Sequence record: SRR20825006_3010
Strand: one strand, 5' to 3'
Length of the DNA: 36,440 nt
Position 1 is the first letter of the stretch. Every line of letters starts with the position of its first letter. The notes below the pieces were generated by a model that searched no databases, had not been told where the DNA came from, and saw only the letters and a list, made by a program, of their open reading frames with translations. The translations under genes were made by a program, and so were the position numbers. Shown here one piece after another: positions 28,279 to 36,440 of the stretch.

Positions 28279-28635
28279 ATGGCAGCATCGACACCTATAC
28301 AACCCGGAGCACACTGGTCGGAACAGTGGAGAATCTTGACCTACACGGGGTCGGATGAAGACCTTACCGACGCCGATCTGTCCTGGACCCTGGAGGATCT
28401 GGAGGGCACCACCATCCTTGCTCTCAACAGTGTCGATGACGGGTCCAGCTTCGGCACCTTCGACGGTGACGGCGCGTCCTCTGCAAGCGGGCCTTATGCC
28501 CGTGTCACGCTCGATGACACGCAGACGACGGGCATTGCGGTGGGCAGGTATCGACACCAGATCACGGTGACCTTGAGCACCGGGGTCGTGATCAAATCTC
28601 CCGTCCACCCCATCATCATCGAAGAGGTGCTTTGA
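28279..28635 (+). CDS. BppU-N-like adaptor protein
   Basis: DLTDA...VTLDDTQTTGIAVGRYRHQITVT...G pattern of small Ig-like upper-baseplate domains. Confidence 0.6.
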   Translation: MAASTPIQPGAHWSEQWRILTYTGSDEDLTDADLSWTLEDLEGTTILALNSVDDGSSFGTFDGDGASSASGPYARVTLDDTQTTGIAVGRYRHQITVTLSTGVVIKSPVHPIIIEEVL

Positions 28636-29393
28636 TGGGAGTGATCACGCACACAGTCCGTCAAAGGCTTCGCGCTCATGATGTCCGCCCTGGGCTTCGT
28701 ACACATGTGCTCAGAAGCACTCCTTCAGCCGTACAGAGCTTCTATGATCGCCTCGTTGCATCCGGTCTAAGCGCTTCTGTGGTCTGGCACTACGCGCTTT
28801 CTGAGACCTCTGGCACTACTGCTGAAGACGCTTCTACCTCTGACCTCGCTGGCACCTTTCAAAATGGGCCGACGCTGGCTCAAGATCCGCTTGGATATGG
28901 AGACAATGTACACAGCATCGGCATGAACTCCGCTGGCGCAAGGATTTTAGCGCCCAATGCTTCAATCGATTTTGGAAATGAGAGTTGGACTTTCTTTTGC
29001 CGTGCACAGCAAGGGCCGACCAGCACCTATCACGGCCTTTTCGGTGTTTACATCACCTCGGGATTTTTGCACGGGCAATGGGCGTCAAATGGGGTCTTCC
29101 GCTTCGATTTTTACAATGGAGTGACCCTGGCCAGGATCTCGCTCACGGGCCTCAATGATGGAGACCCGCACAGGTACGTACTTCGGTACGACGCGGTGAC
29201 CGAAGAGATCACGCTTTTTGTGGACGGGGTGGAGAGAGGAAGAGAGAGCACGGCGGGTATTCATCCCGCTACGCTATCTTCGCTCCCCATCCGCCTTGGT
29301 GGGGGATACATCGGAGGCAATGGTCCTGATCGAATGGAGGTGCCTGTCCTCTTCTCTTCTGCTTTGACTGATGCCCAATGCGAGGCTCTCTGA
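28635..29393 (+). CDS. LamG/concanavalin-A-like domain protein (candidate receptor-binding protein)
   Basis: YALSETSGTTAEDAS...LNDGDPHRYVLRYD...LFVDGVE...LFSSALT is a Laminin_G_3-type pattern. Confidence 0.8.
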   Translation: MGVITHTVRQRLRAHDVRPGLRTHVLRSTPSAVQSFYDRLVASGLSASVVWHYALSETSGTTAEDASTSDLAGTFQNGPTLAQDPLGYGDNVHSIGMNSAGARILAPNASIDFGNESWTFFCRAQQGPTSTYHGLFGVYITSGFLHGQWASNGVFRFDFYNGVTLARISLTGLNDGDPHRYVLRYDAVTEEITLFVDGVERGRESTAGIHPATLSSLPIRLGGGYIGGNGPDRMEVPVLFSSALTDAQCEAL

Positions 29394-29749
29394 TGCCGAT
29401 ATTCGCTATCGAAAAAGGCCACTCACCAAGATGGCTTGTGGGGGATCTCGCCGTCCTTGGCACGCTCAAAGCGACAGGCCAACTAAGCGCGCGTGAGTGT
29501 CGAGTGATGAGGAAGTTCGCGGTGGGTGCTCGACCTGGAAGCGAGCAAGGGACCTACACCGCCATTCTATTCAAAACGTCGGACCTTTGGCTCACACAAG
29601 TACCTGATTTTATTCAGAGCTTCGACTGGATTTCTATTGAGCCTCCAGGCCCTTGGGAGGTGGATGAGGCACAGAAATGGCTCGACCAACTCCTTGGTCT
29701 TGAGCTTGACGACGACAAAGGATTTCAATGGGGGGCTACCAATGAATGA
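29393..29749 (+). CDS. Hypothetical protein coupled to the LamG gene
   Basis: TGATG overlap; 118 aa. Confidence 0.6.
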   Translation: MPIFAIEKGHSPRWLVGDLAVLGTLKATGQLSARECRVMRKFAVGARPGSEQGTYTAILFKTSDLWLTQVPDFIQSFDWISIEPPGPWEVDEAQKWLDQLLGLELDDDKGFQWGATNE

Positions 29750-30188
29750 TACAAAGCTCGACCAACTGATCACGATCACGCAGGAGAGCGCACAAAGGCT
29801 CTCTGCAATCGAAGCTCGGAATCAGGGCGTAGACGCGCGTGTAGAGCGCTTCTGGGCGCAAGAATGGCCCAGACTGTCCGAGACTTTAGCAGGGCATGAG
29901 CGCCGTCTCAGGGCCGTGGAATCGGCTGTCACTGCCCTTGCTGTTGTGCCACGTCAAATCGAGGCGATGAGCGCCCGCTTGGACGGTAGGTTGGAAGATC
30001 TCACAAGGCTCGAAGGTCGAGTGACCGCACTTGAGAGAGCTGGCGAGGAGGTGGAGAAAGATCACGCGGGGGTGGTGGAACGCGTGACCGTTCTGGAGAA
30101 GGCTTATTGGAAAGCCGTCGGCGCGGGTGGGATTGTTGGAGCTTTGATTGCGAGTGCGCCGAAGATTCTGGCCATGCTTGCGGGGTGA
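29742..30188 (+). CDS. Coiled-coil protein with C-terminal TM helix (XhlA/holin-like)
   Basis: Repeated RLxAxE heptads, then WKAVGAGGIVGALIA; last phage gene. Confidence 0.55.
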   Translation: MNDTKLDQLITITQESAQRLSAIEARNQGVDARVERFWAQEWPRLSETLAGHERRLRAVESAVTALAVVPRQIEAMSARLDGRLEDLTRLEGRVTALERAGEEVEKDHAGVVERVTVLEKAYWKAVGAGGIVGALIASAPKILAMLAG

Positions 30189-30270
30189 CCTCTTGGGAAC
30201 GAATGGGAACCAGATCACATCACTTTACGCACCCCGTACAATGCGGCTTGAGAGGCATGAGGCGGATTTT

Positions 30271-30289
30271 TTTGGGCATTATTTGGGCA
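30271..30289. repeat. Probable integrase arm-type binding site pair, right arm
   Basis: Identical to 206..224. Confidence 0.75.
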
Positions 30290-30302
30290 TTGGCATATCG
30301 CC

Positions 30303-30337
30303 AAACAACGATGCCCCGCATATCATGCGGGGCATCG
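30303..30337 (-). terminator. Phage-supplied terminator hairpin downstream of ssrA
   Basis: CGATGCCCCGCAT-atc-ATGCGGGGCATCG (30309-30337) followed by TTGTTT on the minus strand. Confidence 0.75.
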
Positions 30338-30340
30338 CAA

Positions 30341-30363
30341 TGGAGGTGGCGGGAGTCGAACCC
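30341..30363 (-). repeat. att core within the reconstituted ssrA 3' end
   Basis: 23-bp identity to 34..56, covering the T-loop and acceptor 3' strand. Confidence 0.93.
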
Positions 30364-30730
30364 GCGTCCATGGACCTTCGGTCTCGACAACTCTACGTGC
30401 GTAGTCTGAGATTACTGCTTAGCCTCCAAGACGGCTGCCCCCAGACAGGCCACCGCAGTGGAGAGCACTTCGTATATGTCACCTCGCCGTGAAGTACGAA
30501 GTCGGCGAGATCGAGCCTGCTGTTTGTCGTCTCGTGCCCCCCACAGGCAAAGGGACACGAGACGGGCTTCACTTTGGAAGCATCAGTGGTCTCTACTACT
30601 TACGCAGCGAGGGCCAGCTCAACGTTGTCGTTGGCATTTGTGTGTTTCTCGATTCTTATAACGAGGCTTATCGAGTGCCCCGGCACGACATCATCGGCGT
30701 CACTGCCCATGTCGAACCCAAATCACCCCC
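30341..30730 (-). ncRNA. ssrA: tmRNA
   Basis: 5' GGGGGTG pairs with 3' CACCTCC-A (G3-U alanine determinant); T-arm GCGGG-TTCGACT-CCCGC; tag frame 30600..30635 reads ANDNVELALAA*; downstream of smpB; CCA not encoded. Confidence 0.96.
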
Positions 30731-30900
30731 GGACTTGGTACATTATGCTTTAAACAACGTCTTGCATGTCAAAGAGTCGAGAAAGGACACCGTTTGATGG
30801 GTGCCCTCCTCTTCGTTCCGCCCTGGAAATTAGGCCCCCAGAGCGGCTGGTCAAGCTAACAGCTCGAGTTCCTTATGGCAAGGGCAACAGCCCAATGCTT

Positions 30901-31401
30901 CTAGCTCCCGCCGCGCAATCGATGGTGGTGCGCGTGCGAGCGCGCCACTTCGCGGGCAGACTCGCGCTTGCGGATCGCCTCGCGCTTGTCGAACTGCTTC
31001 TTACCGCGGCATAACCCGAGCTCGACCTTGATGCGGCCATCCTTGAGGTAGAACGAGAGCGGGATCAGCGTGAACCCCGCCTGCTCGGTCTTGTTCTGGA
31101 GGCGGTTGAGCTCGCGCTTCTTCATCAGGAGCTTGCGAGGGCGCGTCGGCTCGTGGTTCTCGTGCGTCCCCATCGTGTACGGAGAGATGTGCGCGTTGAG
31201 CAACCAGAGCTCGCCGTTCTCAAAGCGCGCGTAGGCGTCGATGAGCTGGACGCGGTGATCGCGCAAGCTCTTGACCTCGGTGCCAAGAAGCACCACGCCT
31301 GCCTCGTGACGCTCGTCCACGAAGTAATTATGGAGCGCCTTGCGGTTGCGCGTGATGACCTCATCAGCGCTGTCCTGTGGGCCTGATCCTTTCTTGCTCA
31401 T
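30901..31401 (-). CDS. smpB: SsrA-binding protein SmpB
   Basis: NRKALHNY...EAGVVLLGTEVKSLR...NHEPTRPRKLL...GKKQFDKRE. Confidence 0.98.
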   Translation of the reverse strand: MSKKGSGPQDSADEVITRNRKALHNYFVDERHEAGVVLLGTEVKSLRDHRVQLIDAYARFENGELWLLNAHISPYTMGTHENHEPTRPRKLLMKKRELNRLQNKTEQAGFTLIPLSFYLKDGRIKVELGLCRGKKQFDKREAIRKRESAREVARSHAHHHRLRGGS

Positions 31402-31512
31402 GGCTTCTCTCTCCGTGCAGTTGGAAAGGTGGTTCCTCGTTTATTGCAGCAGCATCGACGAGGAAAGGCAGCCTATCACACAGACACCCACATCATCCAC
31501 CACCGTCAAAAA

Positions 31513-31554
31513 CAAGCAGGCCACAGGTTACGTTAAAAAAACCTGCGGCCTGCT
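31513..31554. terminator. Hairpin between the hypothetical gene and smpB (probable terminator)
   Basis: AAGCAGGCCACAGGTT...AACCTGCGGCCTGCTT imperfect inverted repeat followed by GTTTTT on the minus strand. Confidence 0.55.
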
Positions 31555-31597
31555 TATCTTAAACACGCGCACTCGGCGCGTCGATCTCGATGGCGCT

Positions 31598-32092
31598 CTA
31601 CCCGTTCTTGCAGACGAGCTTGCGGAGACCATCCTCGAACAACACGCTCACCTTGGTCGCCGAGACCTCCTCGACGACAAAGCCGAGGCCAAACTTCTTG
31701 TGGTTGATCGCATCATTCGCGTCGAGCGAGATGCCCACCTGGTAATCCTTGGCGAGCTTGCCGTCGGTGTCTTGAGCGAGCTTCTTCCACGCCTTGGCCT
31801 GACCCTCCTCGGTGGAGAGTTCGGCGCTCGAGATGATGCCGCCGATGACCTTGGCCGCCTTCTTGCGCGCCTGGACGCGCTTGGGGTTGGCGACGACCGC
31901 CGACTCGACCGCGACGTCAGCGTATTTATCCTTGGACTTCTTGCCGCTGTAACTTGGCCCCTCGACCTCGTCGATCGAGAGATCGTCGTCTTCCATATCT
32001 GGATCAAGATCAGGATCGAAGTCATCCTCTTCGAAGTCATCGAAGGACTCGTCCATCTCCTCTTCGATTTCCATCCCGTCATCCATGCTCAT
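31598..32092 (-). CDS. Acidic hypothetical protein with C-terminal Tudor-like (UvrD-CTD/DUF3553-like) domain
   Basis: AGGAGG RBS; Asp/Glu-rich N-terminus; INHKKFGLGFVVE...VSVLFEDGLRKL. Confidence 0.7.
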   Translation of the reverse strand: MSMDDGMEIEEEMDESFDDFEEDDFDPDLDPDMEDDDLSIDEVEGPSYSGKKSKDKYADVAVESAVVANPKRVQARKKAAKVIGGIISSAELSTEEGQAKAWKKLAQDTDGKLAKDYQVGISLDANDAINHKKFGLGFVVEEVSATKVSVLFEDGLRKLVCKNG

Positions 32093-32250
32093 GGTATCCT
32101 CCTGCGGATTGGCCGTGACAACTCCTGGGCGGGAGTCGAGTGGTCCCACAGGCAGCAACCGTCCATGAATGATGTCCTCGCCGCCTGGGGATGGCCGATG
32201 TTTTGACGGTTGACGCCCCTTGCGTCAAGAGGAAAGCCGCCCCACGACCG

Positions 32251-33426
32251 TTATTTCCCTTCTCCCTCTTTCTTTTCTGCGGGCTTTTCACCCTCTGCTG
32301 GCTTTTCGCCGCCGCCACCCTCGCTTCCCTCGGCGGGCTTCTCGTCGGTTTTTTCGGCCGGCTTCTTGTCGCCATCCTTACCGCCGTCCTTGCCCTTCTT
32401 CGCTTCCTCAGCCTTCTTCTTCATCGCGGCCTCATGGCGTGTGTGCACGAGCATCGTGTACGCCATCAGGGTGTCGAGCGGCGCGCTGACGACGACCTTG
32501 TAGTTGCCGCGCTTGATCTCTTCCTCGACCACGGTCACGCCCTCGAGCTTGTGCGCGGCGCCAACGCTCGTGTCAGCGGGCATGGCGCCGATCTGGAGCA
32601 CGAAGCCATTCATCTGCTGCGAGACAGCCTGGAGCGCGAGCGCCTTGGCCTTCTCATCATCCAAACCGCGGTCATACTCACCCTCGACCTGGAAGAGGAT
32701 CGTCTTCTTCTCCTCGTCCCATCGCTCGGCCTCGACGAGCTTTGGCTTCTGCTCCTTCTCGAAGCGCGCGGCGGTCTCGGCGGCGTAGACTTCCTTGCGA
32801 AGCTTATCAGCGCGCTCCTGAGATTCGTTACGCGTCTTGCTGCTCGTGTACAACGGATAGATCTTCTCGAAGGTCTCGGCCGCCTCCTTCTTCTTCCCCT
32901 GCTCGACGAGCTGCTCGCCGCGCGCGAGGTAGTGATCGACGAGCATCGTGTTCATCAGGCTGTCAGACTTGTTAAACGCGAGCCCCTTGTTGAGGATCTC
33001 CTCGAACTTCTGAGGGTTGGCCTTGGCGTCGATCGACTCGGCCCACTGGCGATAGAGCGTCTGGTACTCGGTCTCGAGCCTGCTCTTCTTGATCTTCTTG
33101 TCCGTAGGCAGGTTCTCGCCATCGAGGCCGTGCTCCTTCCAGAAGGCATCGAGCGATTGCTCCGCCTTGTCATACTGCTTGCGCAGCATGTGCACCTGCG
33201 TCATGCGCAGCTTGGCCTCCTCGAGCTTCGGGTCCTTGTCGAGCGCCGTCTTGAGCTCCGCCTCGGCGCGATCCGCCTCCCCCTTCTGGAGCGCAGAGTT
33301 GGCCACCGCGAGGTGCTCCCGGGCGCTCTTCTCACACCCGATCGCGCCCGATAAAGAGAAGCAGAGCGCCAGCGCCGCCATCCACTTCCCAACCCATCGC
33401 TGCCTGCTCCCTCGCGTTTGCATCAT
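32251..33426 (-). CDS. TPR-repeat lipoprotein
   Basis: Signal peptide with lipobox-like AIGC; TPR-like helices (AEAELKTALDKDPK); host-type codon usage. Confidence 0.8.
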   Translation of the reverse strand: MMQTRGSRQRWVGKWMAALALCFSLSGAIGCEKSAREHLAVANSALQKGEADRAEAELKTALDKDPKLEEAKLRMTQVHMLRKQYDKAEQSLDAFWKEHGLDGENLPTDKKIKKSRLETEYQTLYRQWAESIDAKANPQKFEEILNKGLAFNKSDSLMNTMLVDHYLARGEQLVEQGKKKEAAETFEKIYPLYTSSKTRNESQERADKLRKEVYAAETAARFEKEQKPKLVEAERWDEEKKTILFQVEGEYDRGLDDEKAKALALQAVSQQMNGFVLQIGAMPADTSVGAAHKLEGVTVVEEEIKRGNYKVVVSAPLDTLMAYTMLVHTRHEAAMKKKAEEAKKGKDGGKDGDKKPAEKTDEKPAEGSEGGGGEKPAEGEKPAEKKEGEGK

Positions 33427-33856
33427 CCTTTGCTCCTTTATGATTCGTTATGCCTATCAAAGCTCACATGCCAAGGCTTGCCTTTCTATAAACTAACTCA
33501 CTGCGGTCAAATCGCAAGAAACCGAGGACAGGCTTCGAGCGAGCCGATTGACATTCGCCCCGAGTGCACCTAGGTTTGCCTCGGCCTGTCGGAGTGACCG
33601 TGTGGAGCACTTTCCATAACCTCCACACTCACACCACGCCTCCTTCCACCCGTGCTCTCATGCTTTTTGCCCATGGCAAAAAACATAAGGCACAAGACAT
33701 CATCAGCGCGCATATCGCCCGCCATCGCTCTGCTTTATGGCCATGAAGGCCACAAAAAGCATCCGCGCGGGATATGCATAAGTTCATCCATTTTTTTCAC
33801 AGGGCGCAATCCCCCTGAAATTGGCGCGGGATTGTCTACTCGAGGAGGAACGACAT

Positions 33857-35518
33857 ATGGGAATGTTCGACGTTGTCGCGAAAGGATTTCGTGACGTTCG
33901 AAACAAGTTCGAAGGCAAAAGTGAGATCACCGAAGAGAACATCGACGAGGCGATCCAGCAGATCCGCATGAGCATGCTCGAGGCGGATGTGAACTTCCGC
34001 ATCGTCAAGAGCTTCATCAAGCGGGTCAAGGAGAAGGCGCTCGGCGAGGTCGTCCGCGTCAAGGTCGGCAAGAAAGAGAAGAAGCTCGACGTCTCCCCTG
34101 GCGATCACTTCATCAAGATTTGCCACGACGAGCTCGAAGGCCTCATGGGCCCCGTCGACACCTCGATCGTCTTCCAATCCTCGCGCCTCGGACCGACCAA
34201 GATCATGATGGTCGGCCTCCAGGGTAGCGGTAAGACGACCACCACAGGCAAGCTCGCCAAGCACCTCATCGACGTGCACGAGAAGCGCCCGCTGCTCGTC
34301 GGCGCCGACGTCTACCGCCCCGCTGCTATCGAGCAGCTCCGCGTGCTAGGACGCCAGCTCGATGTCCCCGTCTACGCCAAAGAAGGCGGCGACCCGATCG
34401 AGGTCTGTAAAGAGGCGATCACCTTCGCCGAGCAAAACGACTGCAACGTCATCCTGTTCGACACCGCCGGCCGCCTGGCTGTCGATGACACGCTGATGAC
34501 CGAGCTCGAGCAGATCGTCGAGAAGACCAAGCCTGGAAACATCTTCCTCGTGGCTGACGCCATGATCGGTCAGGACGCCGTGAACACCGCCAAGGAGTTC
34601 AACGACCGCCTCGAGATCGATGGCTTCATCATGACCAAGCTCGATGGTGACGCGCGCGGCGGCGCGGCGCTCTCCATCAAAGAGGTCACCGGCAAGCCGA
34701 TCAAGTTCATCGGTACCGGCGAGAAGCTCGAAGACCTCCAGGAGTTCCGCCCCGAGGGCCTGGCCAACAGGATCCTCGGCTTTGGCGACGTCATGGAGCT
34801 GATGAACCGCTTCGAGAAGACGATGACGGACGAGGACGCCGCCCGCGCCGAGCAGGACGCGATGCGTATGCTCAGCGGCGAGTTCGACTTCAACGACTTC
34901 TACAACCAGCTCGAGCAGATCTCGAAGTTGGGGAACCTTCGCGAGCTGATGGAGCTGATGCCATTCTTTGGCGGCGCCATCCCCGATGACCTCAACCTCG
35001 ATGACAAGGAGCTGCTGCGCATCAAGGCGATCATCCAGTCGATGACGCACAAGGAGCGCACGCAACCAGATCACCTCACGCGCCAGCCAAACCGCCTGCG
35101 TCGTATCGCGGCAGGTTCGGGCCAGGAGCTCGAGAAGGTCGAACAGGTCGTGCAGCAGTTCAACATGATGCGCGGCATGATGCAGCAGTTCAGCAACATG
35201 GGCGGCGGCTTCCTCGGCAAGCTCCCTGGCTTCAAGCAGCTCAACACGATGCGTCAGCTCAAGGATATGGACATCGGCGCGCTCTTTGGCGACATGATGG
35301 GCGCACAGGGCGGCGGCGCAGCCCCCGGCGGCCAGGGCGGCCCTGGCGGCGGCCTGATGGGCATGCCTGGATTTGGCGGTCTCAACCTGCCTCCAGGCTA
35401 CACGCCTCCCGGGCAGCGCATGCAGTCGCAAGGAAACGGCGGCACGAAGTCCAAGTCGATGTCGCGCTCCAAGCGCAAGCGCAAGCGCAAGATGGCCAAG
35501 AAGGCGCGCAAGAAGTAA
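33857..35518 (+). CDS. ffh: Signal recognition particle protein Ffh
   Basis: LEADVN, GLQGSGKTTT, DTAGRL, TKLDGDARGGAALS, Met-rich M domain; GAGGAGG RBS before ATG 33857. Confidence 0.98.
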   Translation: MGMFDVVAKGFRDVRNKFEGKSEITEENIDEAIQQIRMSMLEADVNFRIVKSFIKRVKEKALGEVVRVKVGKKEKKLDVSPGDHFIKICHDELEGLMGPVDTSIVFQSSRLGPTKIMMVGLQGSGKTTTTGKLAKHLIDVHEKRPLLVGADVYRPAAIEQLRVLGRQLDVPVYAKEGGDPIEVCKEAITFAEQNDCNVILFDTAGRLAVDDTLMTELEQIVEKTKPGNIFLVADAMIGQDAVNTAKEFNDRLEIDGFIMTKLDGDARGGAALSIKEVTGKPIKFIGTGEKLEDLQEFRPEGLANRILGFGDVMELMNRFEKTMTDEDAARAEQDAMRMLSGEFDFNDFYNQLEQISKLGNLRELMELMPFFGGAIPDDLNLDDKELLRIKAIIQSMTHKERTQPDHLTRQPNRLRRIAAGSGQELEKVEQVVQQFNMMRGMMQQFSNMGGGFLGKLPGFKQLNTMRQLKDMDIGALFGDMMGAQGGGAAPGGQGGPGGGLMGMPGFGGLNLPPGYTPPGQRMQSQGNGGTKSKSMSRSKRKRKRKMAKKARKK

Positions 35519-35559
35519 CTCGGGCGCGCTCGCCACGAGCTTATCGCTCGTGATAAAGA

Positions 35560-35598
35560 GAGGCAGGTTCTCCCCACAGGGAGAACCTGCCTTTTTTT
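35560..35598 (+). terminator. Intrinsic terminator after ffh
   Basis: AGGCAGGTTCTCCC-caca-GGGAGAACCTGCCT followed by a T tract. Confidence 0.9.
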
Positions 35599-35619
35599 GC
35601 GTCGAGAGGATCTGTCGAC

Positions 35620-36393
35620 ATGTCCGAGGATACCCACACATCCCCCACAGAGCGCCACTGCGAGCTCCACGCGAGCGATCCCTCGATCGCGGCGTGCACG
35701 CAGTGCGGACGAGAGATCTGCCACCGCTGCCACGGGAGCGACCTGCGCGGCTTCGCGGTGTGTTCGACATGCCGAGGAGATCGCGAAGAGGCCTACACGC
35801 CCTGGGAAGACCCTCACCACCCGAGCGCGCCAGAGGCGCTCGCGGTGACCGCATGGGGCGCGCTCAGTTCACCCACAAAGTTCTGGGAGCCTCTGCGACA
35901 TACGCCGCGTTGGCTCCCCGCGTTTGTCTTCGGGATGGTGTGCATCATCTTTGGCGACAGCATGTTCACGAGCTGGGAGTTCTTGCTCAACGACAGGCTC
36001 GAATCCCTGCTTCGCGAGAACATGATCGATCCGAACGCCGCGAGCATGCCATCCTCGGCGCTTCGCGCGATGAGTATGCTCCGCGTATTGATCCTCGCCC
36101 CCGTGGTCTTCATGGTCCGCACGTACATGCTTCGCGTCGCGATCCGCGTCGCTGGCGGGGAAGCAGACTGGGCGACCGCCGCGCGCATCTTCGGCTATAG
36201 CTGCGCGGGGTATTTGTGGATGCTGCTCCCTCCGATCGCTGGATTGCCCATCGGGCATATGCTGATGCTGTTCTGGATGTTCAATATTCAGATCGCTGGC
36301 GTGCGCCACTTCCACCGCAACCTGAGCCCGGTGGAATCACTCCTCGTCGTCATGATCCCGCTGCTGTTGGCGACTGGCATTCAGTGCGTCTAG
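35620..36393 (+). CDS. B-box zinc-finger / Yip1-like multi-pass membrane protein
   Basis: CELH...CTQCGREICHRC...CSTC N-terminus followed by about five hydrophobic helices. Confidence 0.75.
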   Translation: MSEDTHTSPTERHCELHASDPSIAACTQCGREICHRCHGSDLRGFAVCSTCRGDREEAYTPWEDPHHPSAPEALAVTAWGALSSPTKFWEPLRHTPRWLPAFVFGMVCIIFGDSMFTSWEFLLNDRLESLLRENMIDPNAASMPSSALRAMSMLRVLILAPVVFMVRTYMLRVAIRVAGGEADWATAARIFGYSCAGYLWMLLPPIAGLPIGHMLMLFWMFNIQIAGVRHFHRNLSPVESLLVVMIPLLLATGIQCV

Positions 36394-36440
36394 CGCGGTG
36401 GGCTTGTTGAAGGTCTTGCAGAATGCGAGAACAAGCCCCC

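Larger units (their letters stand above)
34..30363. mobile_element. Prophage (~30.3 kb; tyrosine integrase, Mu-type head, non-contractile tail) integrated in the ssrA 3' end
   Basis: Exact 23-bp direct repeat at both ends; integrase at the left end; terminase-portal-protease-capsid-tail gene order in between; host smpB/ssrA directly outside the right end. Confidence 0.95.

Noticed and set aside
26028-29749. Diversity-generating retroelement or invertible tail-fibre system
   Set aside because: No reverse transcriptase, invertase or TR/VR repeat pair is visible.
30107-30797. Plus-strand ORFs over the att/ssrA region
   Set aside because: Antisense to tmRNA; spurious.
31340-35854. Long ORFs 31340..32206(+), 32191..33354(+) and 34346..35854(-)
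   Set aside because: Opposite-strand shadows of well-supported host genes.
1-36440. CRISPR array
   Set aside because: No regularly spaced repeat-spacer series or cas genes seen.

Overview
Most of the window (34..30363) is an apparently complete prophage of about 30.3 kb, integrated into the 3' end of the host tmRNA gene (ssrA, minus strand, 30341..30730) and bounded by a perfect 23-bp direct repeat. From left to right it carries: a tyrosine integrase with an Xis-like gene and a divergent XRE repressor; a leftward early operon preceded by a ~350-nt highly structured leader whose loops are mutually complementary (like P1 C4 / P4 CI RNA control); a ~1.1-kb non-coding region with paired inverted hairpin modules (candidate origin) next to an RHH-like gene; an HNH gene; two leftward membrane-protein morons (one SieB-like); Mu-type head genes; and a non-contractile tail module ending in a LamG-domain protein and a holin-like gene. 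An exact 16-bp motif, CGGTGATCTTTCGATA, sits in three late intergenic gaps. I could not recognise any replication initiator, primase, helicase, transposase or endolysin. The right-hand host DNA holds ssrA (tag ANDNVELALAA, Myxococcota-like), smpB, an acidic hypothetical protein, a TPR lipoprotein, ffh and a B-box/Yip1-like membrane protein. All protein calls come from motif recognition and gene order by eye; no database searches were run.
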